A stretch of 64,000 nucleotides of DNA from a bacterium. Lineage in GTDB: Bacteria > UBA8248. A program made the position numbers and the translations under genes. Below the pieces are notes generated by a model, which did not search any database, was not told the origin of the DNA, and saw nothing but the letters and a program-made list of their open reading frames with translations. Shown piece after piece: positions 20,219 through 29,879 of the stretch. How positions within the stretch are numbered: the first letter of the stretch is position 1; every line of letters starts with the position of its first letter. The stretch is from positions 736,001 through 800,000 of the forward strand of contig CBDBZU010000004.1 of assembly GCA_965213625.1 (NCBI GenBank), given 5' to 3'.

Positions 20219-21544
20219 ATGTCCCCGCTGATGGTGGTCGCAGACGCCGAGGGCAACCTGTTCGAACACCCCGAGCTCGAGATGGTGGGCGCGCAGGGGG
20301 CCGAACCCGTGGCGCCCGAGCCCGAGGAACTCTCGCCCCTGCCGGATGGGAGCAAGTTCTTCACCATCCCCGACAGCACGCCCGTGGGCGGCGACGCGGG
20401 AGAGGACACGCTCGTGAGCGTGGAAGAAGCGGACTGGGGCGACGGACCCGCCACCCTGCAAGCCGCCTGCACGTTCCCCTCGCCGGGGTGGATGCGCACC
20501 CTGCTCCCCTTCGCCGAGAGAGACACCGGCGCGGCGGTCCTCCCCCTTTGGGCCTACACCGCGCTCGGTTTCGATGAGGCGAGCGGGGAATTCGTATGCG
20601 CCGCCGTGCGCGTGGACGACTGCCCGCGCTGGGAGCCCGAGGAATACGACGACACGGGGCTGTCCGGGCGAATCGAACGCATGCTCAATGCCCACCCCAA
20701 GAACCGGATGGTTCCCCACCTCGCGCGCTGCGCGCGTGAGTTCCACTGTTTCGCGGCGAAAAACTTCTTCGCGCGCCGCTGGGAGATGGGCCTGCCGATC
20801 GCCCCGCTCTGCAACGCGGATTGCCGGGGGTGCATATCGCTCCAGACGGACGACCTCTTCCCGGCGAGCCACCAGCGCATCGAGATCGTCCCCACACCGG
20901 ATGAGCTCACGGAAATCGCCGTCCCCCATCTCGAGGGCGCCGAGATGGCCGTCGCGAGCTTTGGCCAGGGATGCGAGGGGGAGCCGCTGCTCCAGGCGGG
21001 CGTCATCGAGCGAGCCTGCCGCCTCATCCGCGAGCGCACTCTGCAAGGCACCCTGCACCTGAACACGAACGGCAGCCGCCCCGAGTGGATGGCGCGACTC
21101 GCTGCGGCGGGTTTGGAGAGCATCCGCATCAGCACGAACAGCGTGACACCCGAGTGGCACCACGCGTATTACCGGCCGGAGACGTATGACTTCTCCCACG
21201 TGGAGGATTGCGTGAAGGCGGCCGTGGACGCAGGGCTTTATACGCAGATCAACTATCTGGTCTTCCCCGGCGTCACGGACCTGGAAGCCGAGGTCGAGGC
21301 CACTCTCGATTTCGCCGGAAGAACGGGCCTGCACGTGATCCAGATGAAGAACCTCTGCATCGACCCCGCGCTCTATCTCGACACCCTGCCCGACATCGGG
21401 GACATGGGCGAGGCGATGGGGATGGTGCGCGCTCTGGACGTCTACCGCGCAGAACTGCCCGACGTGGCGATCCGCTACTTCAACCGGCCAAAAGAGGAAT
21501 GGCACATCGATCCCAAGGGCTCGAAAGCGGGGGCCGTGCGATGA
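20219..21544 (+). CDS. Uncharacterised radical SAM protein
   Basis: CNADCRGC motif, SFGQGCEGEPL, LNTNGS. Confidence 0.9.
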   Translation: MSPLMVVADAEGNLFEHPELEMVGAQGAEPVAPEPEELSPLPDGSKFFTIPDSTPVGGDAGEDTLVSVEEADWGDGPATLQAACTFPSPGWMRTLLPFAERDTGAAVLPLWAYTALGFDEASGEFVCAAVRVDDCPRWEPEEYDDTGLSGRIERMLNAHPKNRMVPHLARCAREFHCFAAKNFFARRWEMGLPIAPLCNADCRGCISLQTDDLFPASHQRIEIVPTPDELTEIAVPHLEGAEMAVASFGQGCEGEPLLQAGVIERACRLIRERTLQGTLHLNTNGSRPEWMARLAAAGLESIRISTNSVTPEWHHAYYRPETYDFSHVEDCVKAAVDAGLYTQINYLVFPGVTDLEAEVEATLDFAGRTGLHVIQMKNLCIDPALYLDTLPDIGDMGEAMGMVRALDVYRAELPDVAIRYFNRPKEEWHIDPKGSKAGAVR

Positions 21545-22971
21545 ACGAGAACCTCCTGCATATCAAGCCCATCTCCGAGATGCCGCTCGTGCGGCGCGAT
21601 GCGCCCGTCCCGATGGGGCCGGAAGCGCCAGGCGCTGCGCTCATCTCGCTCGGCTGCGCCAAGAACACGGTGGATTCCGAGATCATGCTCGCCGCACTCG
21701 CGGGCGCGGGATACCGGCTCGTGAGCGAGGCCGAGGACGCGCAGGTCGCCATCGTCAACACGTGCGGCTTCATCGAGGAAGCGAAGCGCGAATCCATTGA
21801 CACCATCCTCGAAGTCGCCCAGTTAAAGGAAGCGGGCGGTCTCGAAACCCTGGTGGTGGCGGGCTGTCTGGCCGAGCGCTACCGGGGGGAACTCGCACAG
21901 GGGCTGCCCGAGGTGGACCTGTTCATCGGCACGCGCGAGTACGACCAGTTGCCCGCGCTATTGATGGGAGAGCGCGGCGGCGCGCGCGAGGCGTTCTCGG
22001 ACACCCTGATGGACTACGGCAGGCGGCTGCCGCGCATCCTCGCCGAGCCGGGGCCGAGCGCGTACCTGAAAGTCGCCGAGGGCTGCTCACGGCCCTGCAC
22101 CTTCTGCGTGATCCCGAGGTTCCGCGGCAGGTTCCGCTCGCGTCCGCTCGACCTGGTGGTGGAAGAGGCGGGCGCGCTTGCCGAGGCGGGAGTTCGGGAG
22201 GTGAACCTGCTGGCGCAGGAGATCACGAGCTACGGGGTCGACTTAGGCCTCGGCTTCTCGCTCGCACGGCTGCTCGAAGAATTGAATGAGGTGGAAGGCT
22301 TGGACTGGATCCGCGTGCTCTACAACTACCCGCGCGGGGTGACGGACGAGCTGCTCGACGCCTACAGCGACCTCCCCAAGGTGTGCGAGTACATCGACAT
22401 GCCGCTCCAGCACGTCGCCACGCCCGTGCTCGCCGCCATGCGGCGGGGCATCGATGAGGCGGGTACGCGCGAACTCGTAGCGCGCATCAAGGAACGCGTG
22501 CCCGGCTGCGCGCTCCGGACCACCATGCTGGTCGGCTTTCCGGGAGAGACGGACGCGGACTTCGAACTCCTGCTCGACTTCGTAGAGGAGACGCGATTCG
22601 CCCGGCTGGGCGGGTTCGTCTTCTCGCCCGAGGAGCGCTCCATCGCAGCGCGGCTGCCCGATCAGGTACCCGTGGAACTCGCGCGCGAACGCATGGCGCG
22701 GCTGCTCGCGCTCCAAGAGCACATCATGGCCGAGGACAACGAGGCGCTCACAGGCCAGGAGACGCAGGTGCTCGTCGAGGGACTGACGGGAGAGGGGCTT
22801 CTGCGCGGACGAACGCGGCTCCAGGCCCCGGAGGTGGACGGCGAAGTGTTCCTGCACGAGACGGAAGCCGAGCCCGGGGAGATCATCGCGTGTGAGATCA
22901 TCGGCACAGACGGCGTGGACCTTATCGCGCGCGGCGCCACGGCGGACGAAAGCGCAGCGCCCGGGAGATGA
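21541..22971 (+). CDS. rimO: Ribosomal protein S12 methylthiotransferase
   Basis: SLGCAKNTVDSE, NTCGFIEEAKRESI, AEGCSRPCTFC, QAPEVDG. Confidence 0.95.
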   Translation: MNENLLHIKPISEMPLVRRDAPVPMGPEAPGAALISLGCAKNTVDSEIMLAALAGAGYRLVSEAEDAQVAIVNTCGFIEEAKRESIDTILEVAQLKEAGGLETLVVAGCLAERYRGELAQGLPEVDLFIGTREYDQLPALLMGERGGAREAFSDTLMDYGRRLPRILAEPGPSAYLKVAEGCSRPCTFCVIPRFRGRFRSRPLDLVVEEAGALAEAGVREVNLLAQEITSYGVDLGLGFSLARLLEELNEVEGLDWIRVLYNYPRGVTDELLDAYSDLPKVCEYIDMPLQHVATPVLAAMRRGIDEAGTRELVARIKERVPGCALRTTMLVGFPGETDADFELLLDFVEETRFARLGGFVFSPEERSIAARLPDQVPVELARERMARLLALQEHIMAEDNEALTGQETQVLVEGLTGEGLLRGRTRLQAPEVDGEVFLHETEAEPGEIIACEIIGTDGVDLIARGATADESAAPGR

Positions 22972-22974
22972 GAC

Positions 22975-23799
22975 ATGAATGAGACATCCGGGTACGACCC
23001 CGAAGCCTTCAGGGAATTCGAGCGCACGGGCTGGAACGGCGCGGCGGGGGAATACAACGACCTGTTCGGCGTCATCACCTCGCAGGCGGTCCCTTCGCTA
23101 CTCGATGCGGTGGACGCGCAATTCGGAACGCGCCTGCTCGACCTAGCCTGCGGGACGGGCGTCGTCTCTGCGGGGGCGCTGATGCGCGGCTGCACGGTGG
23201 TGGGGGCCGATTTCGCCCCGGACATGCTGGCCGAGGCAACGCGCCGTTGGCCGGGGGCGGAGTTCAGGCTCTGCGACGCGGAGGACATGCCCTTCGAGGA
23301 CGCGCGATTCGACGCCGTGGCGAGCAATTTCGGCTTCCTCCACTTCCCGCATCCGGAAGTCGCGCTGGCCGAGACGACGCGCGTGCTCAAGCCCGGCGGA
23401 AAACTCGCCTTCACCGCCTGGACGCACGACGCGGGCCACCGGGCGCTGATGGCGCGGGCCATCAAGGAGCACGGCGACCCGGACGTCCCCCTTGTGGCCG
23501 GCCCGCCGGAACCCTTCCTGGAGGACGATGAGAAATGCGCGCGCGTGATGGAGGCGGCGGGCTTCAGCACGCCTGATATTACGGGATTCACCCTCTACAT
23601 GAGAGCGGAAGAACCCGAACATCTCATCGACGTTTTCGAGAAATCCACCGTGCGCACGGCGTCGCGCCTCGCCTCCCAGACGGCGGAAGCCAGAGCGAAG
23701 ATACGAGAGGTGCTGGTCGGGATGCTGCGCGAATACGAGAGCGAGGGAACCATCCAGGTGCCCATGCAGGCGAGGCTTATCTCCGCGCAGAAGAGGTAG
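22975..23799 (+). CDS. Class I SAM-dependent methyltransferase
   Basis: LDLACGTG, DAEDMPFEDARFD, RVLKPGG. Confidence 0.92.
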   Translation: MNETSGYDPEAFREFERTGWNGAAGEYNDLFGVITSQAVPSLLDAVDAQFGTRLLDLACGTGVVSAGALMRGCTVVGADFAPDMLAEATRRWPGAEFRLCDAEDMPFEDARFDAVASNFGFLHFPHPEVALAETTRVLKPGGKLAFTAWTHDAGHRALMARAIKEHGDPDVPLVAGPPEPFLEDDEKCARVMEAAGFSTPDITGFTLYMRAEEPEHLIDVFEKSTVRTASRLASQTAEARAKIREVLVGMLREYESEGTIQVPMQARLISAQKR

Positions 23800-23935
23800 G
23801 GCGGTCGGTTACGGACGCAGGCAGGCTGTAGGGGCGGTTCGCGAACCGCCCTACGCAGACGAAACCGGGCGGACACGCAGGTCCGCCTCTACGGAAACCC
23901 CTTTGACGGACAGGCACAGGGGCCTGTCCCTACGG
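23796..23935. repeat. GTAG-type REP cluster (BIME-like) between convergent genes
   Basis: GTAGGGGCGGTTCGCGAACCGCCCTAC (23828-23854), GGCGGACACGCAGGTCCGCCTCTAC, GGACAGGCACAGGGGCCTGTCCCTAC. Confidence 0.85.
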
Positions 23936-23964
23936 ACCCCAGCAATATAATGAGAAAAGTCCGG

Positions 23965-24819
23965 CTACGGACTTACGTGCGCGGGCGGCGTCTTGCCGTT
24001 CATCCAGTCGACGATGGCGGCCACCGTCTCGCGTTCGGCCCCGATGAAACCGTGCGCGCTCATCGCCCGGCAAGGGTGAGTGAGCGACATATCCCCTCCG
24101 CTGATGGTGATGAAGTTCTTGCGCGGGCTTTTCACGATAGAACGGTATGAGGCCACCGCAGACGTGTAGGTCGTGACACGGCATTCATCATCCGAGTGAT
24201 GGACCATCAGGACGGGACGTTCGATTTTATCCGTATCGAAGACAATCGAATCCACGCTCGCCGTGAGAACGTAGCCCTTCACATTCGCGTGCGTCATCAC
24301 GGATGCCAGGTAGGCGGCGGACACCGTGCCCCGGCTCGTTCCGACGAGGAACACCTCACGCGCGCCTTCGCTGACCAGAAAATCCACCACTGCCTTTAAG
24401 TCCGCATGATGCGCCTTCGATGAGCGGAAGTGATCGTCCATGCCGCCGCTCCTGTCCGAGGGCGCATCGACAACCGCCGTGACGAACCCCGCCCTGGCGA
24501 AAAGCGGCGCGCTCCTCACCAGAAAATTTCTGTTGAGCCCGAGACGCCCGCCCTTCTTCACCGTAATCGGCGTGCCGACGCCTCCCTTGAAGAGGATGAC
24601 GGCCTTATGCCCCGCATCCGCCGCCCTGGCGATCAAAAGGCGCTGGCGAACGCCCTCCCTTGTGGGAAGATGCACGTCCTCCCATGCTAGCGACGCGCCC
24701 TTTGCGAAATCGCCGTAGGTGAGGACGTCGACTTTTTTCCGTTCGATTTGCGCGGCATGAAGCCCGCCGTCGACCAAAAGGGCGCAGGCGAGCATCGCTG
24801 CCAGTATCCATCGCGTCAT
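23965..24819 (-). CDS. Exported alpha/beta hydrolase
   Basis: Signal peptide; NFLVRS, GTSRG nucleophile elbow, DDEC, AHGF. Confidence 0.85.
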   Translation of the reverse strand: MTRWILAAMLACALLVDGGLHAAQIERKKVDVLTYGDFAKGASLAWEDVHLPTREGVRQRLLIARAADAGHKAVILFKGGVGTPITVKKGGRLGLNRNFLVRSAPLFARAGFVTAVVDAPSDRSGGMDDHFRSSKAHHADLKAVVDFLVSEGAREVFLVGTSRGTVSAAYLASVMTHANVKGYVLTASVDSIVFDTDKIERPVLMVHHSDDECRVTTYTSAVASYRSIVKSPRKNFITISGGDMSLTHPCRAMSAHGFIGAERETVAAIVDWMNGKTPPAHVSP

Positions 24820-24844
24820 ACGTGTTGTTCTCCCCTGCTCTTTG

Positions 24845-27193
24845 CTACCAGCGCAGCGAGCCGCGCAAGGCGAGGCCGTGGTCGACGTCGTCGTAGCTCT
24901 CGCGGCGCTCTCCCTCCAGGCTCATGCTCAAACGCTCGCCAACCCTGAAGCGGCCGCCCACGCGGTAGGTCTCCACCGCTTCTGAGAGCGACATGCCGCC
25001 GTAAGGGGTCAGCAAGCCGCCCATCCCGTCCAGACCGTAGCCCACCTCCGCGTCGAGACGCGCGCCGGGGTCGAATTCCCCGTTTCCGATGAGGCCCGCC
25101 GCGCTGCGCTGCACCCAGAGCCCGTCCGCTCCGCCCGCCGGGGCGCCCCAGGACGAACCCATACGCATGGACAACCCGCGTCCCCCTTCGCCCGGTGCGA
25201 GAAGCACCGAGCCGCTCACGCCCCATTCCTCATAATCGCCGTCTGCATGCGCCAGCAGGCCCCGGGTGTTCACCTGCACTGCGAAGCCCGAACCCGCGTA
25301 GCGCAGCCCCCCGCCGACCTCGACGCCGCCTCCCGTCTCGGCGTCGCCGCCGTCGTAGCGCAGGCCCACTTCGAGCGAGGGCGTGAGGCGCGCACCCGAA
25401 GCGAGCCCGATTTCACGCGAGGCTTCGAGCGCGAGCCGCAGACGGCTCGTCTCCACTTCGGCCTCGGCGAGATTTTGAGTCTCATCGGAACTCGTCCACG
25501 TCATCAGTGCGTCCGAGCGAAGCGCGAGTTCGATACCGCCCTCCTTCGAGGCGGGCAGCAGCACGCTGCGCCCCCCGACAGCCGCCATGTTCATCTCGAT
25601 GTCGGTCTCGACTGAGCTTCTTCCCGCCGTGGCGAGGGTCAACTCGCCGCGTCCGTGGCCGAGTATTCCCCAGGCCGATAGGCGCTCGCCCAGGCGATAA
25701 CGCGCGTAGGGATACACGCCGGTGAGGGTGCTCTCGAGTTCGCCGCCGCAACCGGTACTGCAGGCCCCGCCGTACTGGAACTCCCCGTCTCCCGCGCTGC
25801 GCGACAGCGCGACGCCTGCCAGCCACCGCTCACGTTCGAAGTCGAAGCCCAGCGTCCCGGTCGTGACGTCGCCATCGAGCGCGAGCGCGCCCTCTTTCGC
25901 GTCGAAGCCCGAACGCGCCGCGCCTCCCCAGAACGACCAGCCCCCGCCGGAATCACCCCCCTCCGCAGAAGCCAGGTGAAAGGAACTCGCCAGCAGCAAC
26001 TCGCTCATCGACATCTCGCGTCCCGTGAGAGCGTCCCCACCACGCTCATCGAGCAGACCCTCCGCGAGGCGCATGCCGGAATCCGCGTCCGCCAGAGGGA
26101 GGGGGGAGGCGCCTGCGAGGACATCCTGACCGCCCAGCGTCAGACGAGCTCTCGGCGTTCCGCGCATCCGATCATTGATGGCCTCGGTGACATGCTCCGC
26201 CGCCGTGCGCCCGAAGCGCGCGAGCCACGCCCTGTGCGGGGAGGGAGAGTTCTCGTCCGTGAGCAGGTTCGTGTTCGTTACCGTTCCCGTGTTCAGCCAC
26301 TCGACGATGCCCGCCACCGTCTCGCGCTCCTTGCCCAGGAACCCGTGCGCGGCCAATGCCCGGCAAGGATTATCGTCTATCGGCGGACTCCCTCCGCTCA
26401 CCGAGATGAAATCCTTGCGCGTGCTTGCCGGGATGGTCTCGAATATAGCCAGCGCGTCGGCGTACCTTGTTACCCGGCACACATCGCCCGTGTGATGCGC
26501 CATCAAGACGGGGGCTGTAATTCGACGCGCATAAGACCTGACGGCCGACGGGCTCTCGGCCAGACTCGCCGTGAGGACATAGCCCGCGACGTTCGCGTGC
26601 GTCATCACGGTCGCCAGATACGCGACGGACAGCGTGCCCCTGCTCGTACCGATCAAGTAAATTTCGCGCGCCCCCTCGCTCACCAGAAAATCCACGGCAG
26701 CACGTATGTCCGTGAGGTGCATCGACGATTGCCTGAAAGCGTCGGTCATGCCGCCGTCTCTGCCGCCTCCCGGCCCTTCGGGCCTGTCCGAGGGTGACTC
26801 GACGACCGCCGTAATGAAGCCCTCATTGGCGAAAAGCGGAGAACTCCTCACCAGAAAATTATCGACAAACCTGAGGCTTGCACCTTCATCATACGAAATC
26901 GGCGTTCCGTTGCCGCCCGGAAAAAGAATCACCGCCTTGGTTCCCGCGTTCGACGCCCTGGCAAGCAGAAGACGCTGGCGCACGCCCGGCCGCGTGGGGA
27001 GGTACACGTTTTCCCAGGCGAGCGACGCGACGTTCCCGGCGCCGTTGGGGTGGGATTGGAGATCGACTGCACTCCGCTCAAAGTGCGTGGGTTGCGGCAT
27101 TACGGCGGGCGGGGTGCCGCCTCCACCGCCGCCGCATCCCGCCGGTCCGAGCGTCAATAGCGCCGCCAGTGCGAAAGCACTCAGCTTGTTCAT
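24845..27193 (-). CDS. Lipoprotein with alpha/beta hydrolase passenger and autotransporter beta-barrel
   Basis: Lipobox-like PAG-C then a Gly run; GTSRG domain; WLARFGRT linker; amphipathic beta strands ending GSLRW. Confidence 0.85.
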   Translation of the reverse strand: MNKLSAFALAALLTLGPAGCGGGGGGTPPAVMPQPTHFERSAVDLQSHPNGAGNVASLAWENVYLPTRPGVRQRLLLARASNAGTKAVILFPGGNGTPISYDEGASLRFVDNFLVRSSPLFANEGFITAVVESPSDRPEGPGGGRDGGMTDAFRQSSMHLTDIRAAVDFLVSEGAREIYLIGTSRGTLSVAYLATVMTHANVAGYVLTASLAESPSAVRSYARRITAPVLMAHHTGDVCRVTRYADALAIFETIPASTRKDFISVSGGSPPIDDNPCRALAAHGFLGKERETVAGIVEWLNTGTVTNTNLLTDENSPSPHRAWLARFGRTAAEHVTEAINDRMRGTPRARLTLGGQDVLAGASPLPLADADSGMRLAEGLLDERGGDALTGREMSMSELLLASSFHLASAEGGDSGGGWSFWGGAARSGFDAKEGALALDGDVTTGTLGFDFERERWLAGVALSRSAGDGEFQYGGACSTGCGGELESTLTGVYPYARYRLGERLSAWGILGHGRGELTLATAGRSSVETDIEMNMAAVGGRSVLLPASKEGGIELALRSDALMTWTSSDETQNLAEAEVETSRLRLALEASREIGLASGARLTPSLEVGLRYDGGDAETGGGVEVGGGLRYAGSGFAVQVNTRGLLAHADGDYEEWGVSGSVLLAPGEGGRGLSMRMGSSWGAPAGGADGLWVQRSAAGLIGNGEFDPGARLDAEVGYGLDGMGGLLTPYGGMSLSEAVETYRVGGRFRVGERLSMSLEGERRESYDDVDHGLALRGSLRW

Positions 27194-27357
27194 GGACGTG
27201 TTTTACGGAATGCCATTTCGCAAACCCTCCTCGTGGTCGATGCGCCCAATATCAAATGGGGCTTTCCCAATCGAAGAAGGGCTCCGGAAATATGCCGTGT
27301 ATTCTGCTTGTCTCATCCGTTCAGGTATGAGTCAACCGGAAACCCACGCGCTCTTCT

Positions 27358-27954
27358 TCACTTGAACGGCATGATGGAGCCGGTGCGCTTCATGGGTTTC
27401 TCCATCCGCCAGAGCTGCCTTTCGAGCGCCTCTTCCGAGCACGTCCCGAGGGCCAGGGAGCGCGCCATGTGGCGGCTCGGGAGCCTGCGTCCGCCCCGCG
27501 TGAGGCGGGAGGGTTCTGCGCCGATGGTGAGGCACTTGTCGGGATGCGCCTTCAAGCTCAGGCGGTAGTTCTCGAATCGCCAGTTCTGAAGCGCCGTGCC
27601 GTCGCATTTTTTGAGGGTGAGCTTGGCACCGTCCGTAGCGGAAGCCGCCGTGACGCACAGGCCGTATTCGGGCATCCGTAGCATGCCATTCTTTACGGCG
27701 GCGGGGTCGAAATGCTCGTCCAGGTTCCAGATGCCCTCTTTGCAGGTGTGCACGCTGAGGGCGGCTGTGGTTCTCACACGATCGCGGTGCCCGGGAATGT
27801 CGATGCAGTGAAACCTCGGCTCATCGAGGGGATAAAACGCCTTGATGAAGACGACTTCCTTTTCCATGGCATGCGCCTGATGCGGTGTGAACACGAGCGC
27901 CGGAAGAACCGCCAGACACGCCACTACCACACACCGACCGATACGCCGAATCAT
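27358..27954 (-). CDS. Secreted ricin-B (beta-trefoil)-like protein
   Basis: Signal peptide (AHA-M); repeated CID/CVT/CLT with C..QNW and C..QLW motifs; AAGGAG RBS. Confidence 0.78.
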   Translation of the reverse strand: MIRRIGRCVVVACLAVLPALVFTPHQAHAMEKEVVFIKAFYPLDEPRFHCIDIPGHRDRVRTTAALSVHTCKEGIWNLDEHFDPAAVKNGMLRMPEYGLCVTAASATDGAKLTLKKCDGTALQNWRFENYRLSLKAHPDKCLTIGAEPSRLTRGGRRLPSRHMARSLALGTCSEEALERQLWRMEKPMKRTGSIMPFK

Positions 27955-28237
27955 TTTACGCTCCTTATCGAAAAGGCGGGAGGCGGCAAGTACGCCCGCT
28001 GGGTTGATAATGTTTTCCGCGATGCTTTCATGCAGGGTGGGTGGTGTCAATGAGGGGGTCGATATCGGCCTCCCGGCGTCATTCGGGAGCCTTCCCGGTT
28101 CGGATAGATCGGCCAGCGACACAAGTTGAATACCGATTCAGCCGAATGCGACGGCCCGGCGACCGTCAATGGTTTGTTGAGGCAACCGGTTATCAATGAT
28201 AGCATCACGAATCTCATCATCTTGGAAGGGGTCTTTC

Positions 28238-28792
28238 ATGGAGAAGACTCTGGTGATTCTCGATCCCTCGGGAATACCACCGTTGATCGAAAAGGTGCGG
28301 CCCGCCGCCCGCCCCGCCTCCCACGAGGGCATTCGCTTAGGCCTTCTCGACAACACGAAACCAAACTCCGACAAGCTGCTCTTCCGGCTGGAAGAGCGCT
28401 TAAGCGGAAAATTTCCCATCGCGTCGTTCACGCACTACCGCAAGGGTGGCAGCGCGCTCCCCCTGGAGGAGGACCTGATCGAGCGGATGGCGAAGGAGTG
28501 CGACTTCGTGGTGAACGCGGTGCCCGACTGAGGGTCCTGCACGCCGTGGAGTATCCACGACGCGATCGAGCTCGAACAGCGCGGGCTGCCCACGCTCACC
28601 ATCATCACGGACATGTTCGAGGCCTTCGGCCGCAAGAAGGCGCGGGCCCTGGGCTTTGCGGGCCTGCCGCTCGTCTCGATCCCCCATCCCATCACCGGAA
28701 TACCGCTCGATACGGTGCATACCCACGCGGACGGGATTTTTGAAAGCGTGGCGGAGTCCCTGACGCAGACGCCTACGGAAGACGAAGAATGA
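28238..28792 (+). CDS. UGSC-family selenoprotein
   Basis: LLDNTKPNSD...NAVPD-TGA(28529-28531)-GSCTPWSIHDAIELEQRGLPT continues in frame to TGA 28790-28792, which overlaps the next ATG. Confidence 0.9.
28542..28562 (+). promoter_or_regulatory. Putative bacterial SECIS hairpin
   Basis: CGTGGA-GTA-TCCACG stem-loop with G in the loop, starting 14 nt after the UGA. Confidence 0.7.
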
Positions 28793-29844
28793 AGCTGGCC
28801 TCGGTGCGCCACGAGGTGGCGGAATCCCCCTTGGAACTCCTCGAGTACGTGATGGAGCAGGGCTGGGGGGACGGGCTGCCCGTCATCCCGCCCACCGAAG
28901 AGCGGGTGGCGGCCATGGTGGAGGCATCGGGGCGACCGCCGGAAGAGTCCCGCGGACGCATCCCCCATCTGTTCGGCGACGCCACGATCGAGAAGATCGC
29001 CGTCAACGCCGCCATGGCGGGTTGCAGGCCCGAGTACATGCCCGTCCTCATCACCGCCGTCGACGCCATTTTCGACCCCATTTACAACCTGCCCGGAGTT
29101 CAGGGGACGACGAACTGCATCGCACAGCTCATCGTCGTCCACGGCCCCGCCCGCCATGCGCTGGGGATCAACTGCAAGGAAAACCTCTTCGGCCAGGGCT
29201 GGCGGGCGAACGCCACCATCGGCAGGGCCTTCCGGTTCATCCTGCAGAACATCGGGGGCGCCAAACCGGGCGATACCGATAGAAGCACCTTCGGCCACCA
29301 GGGCAAGTTCTCGAGCTGCATCGGCGAGAACGAAGAGGCGAGCCCGTGGCCGCCGCTCCACGTCGAGCGCGGCCTGGAGCGCTCGGACAGCGCCGTAACG
29401 GTCATCGCCGTCGACCCGCACATCATGGTCAACGACGCGGCCAGCACGGATGGCGAGGGCGTGCTGCAGTCCATCGCTTCCTCGATGATGCAGGCGGGGA
29501 GCAACAACGCGCTTTTTGGCGGCGAGATGATTGTCGTACTCGGCCCCGAACACGTCGACATGCTCGTGCGCGACGGCTGGGACCCGCCACGAATCCGGGC
29601 CTTCCTATACGAGAGGGGCAGGGTGCCGACGTCCTTCTTTGCACCTGCGAACCTGGAGCGCGCGCGGGGGCGCCGGGGTGAACTCTTCGCCCGGGAAGAC
29701 CTGGAGAGCGTTCCCGTCGTCGACGATGAGGAGAGCATCTGCCTGTTCGTGGCGGGTGGCCTCGGGAAGCACAGCCTCGTCATCCCGACGTTCGGAAACA
29801 CGCATAGCGTCACGCGCAAGATTGAACATTCTTTCACCGACTGA
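28789..29844 (+). CDS. Uncharacterised partner of UGSC selenoproteins
   Basis: GWGDGLPVIPPTEERV, EKIAVNAAMAGC, RANATIGRA, ENEEASPWPPLHVERG. Confidence 0.82.
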   Translation: MKLASVRHEVAESPLELLEYVMEQGWGDGLPVIPPTEERVAAMVEASGRPPEESRGRIPHLFGDATIEKIAVNAAMAGCRPEYMPVLITAVDAIFDPIYNLPGVQGTTNCIAQLIVVHGPARHALGINCKENLFGQGWRANATIGRAFRFILQNIGGAKPGDTDRSTFGHQGKFSSCIGENEEASPWPPLHVERGLERSDSAVTVIAVDPHIMVNDAASTDGEGVLQSIASSMMQAGSNNALFGGEMIVVLGPEHVDMLVRDGWDPPRIRAFLYERGRVPTSFFAPANLERARGRRGELFAREDLESVPVVDDEESICLFVAGGLGKHSLVIPTFGNTHSVTRKIEHSFTD

Positions 29845-29879
29845 AACATTACTTCGGTTTTCCGAGACGGGAGGTAGAG

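Noticed and set aside
20144-21505. 453-aa minus-strand ORF, and similar long antisense ORFs at 28435-29553, 48218-49186 and 62965-63843
   Set aside because: Each is the mirror of a well-supported gene on the opposite strand.
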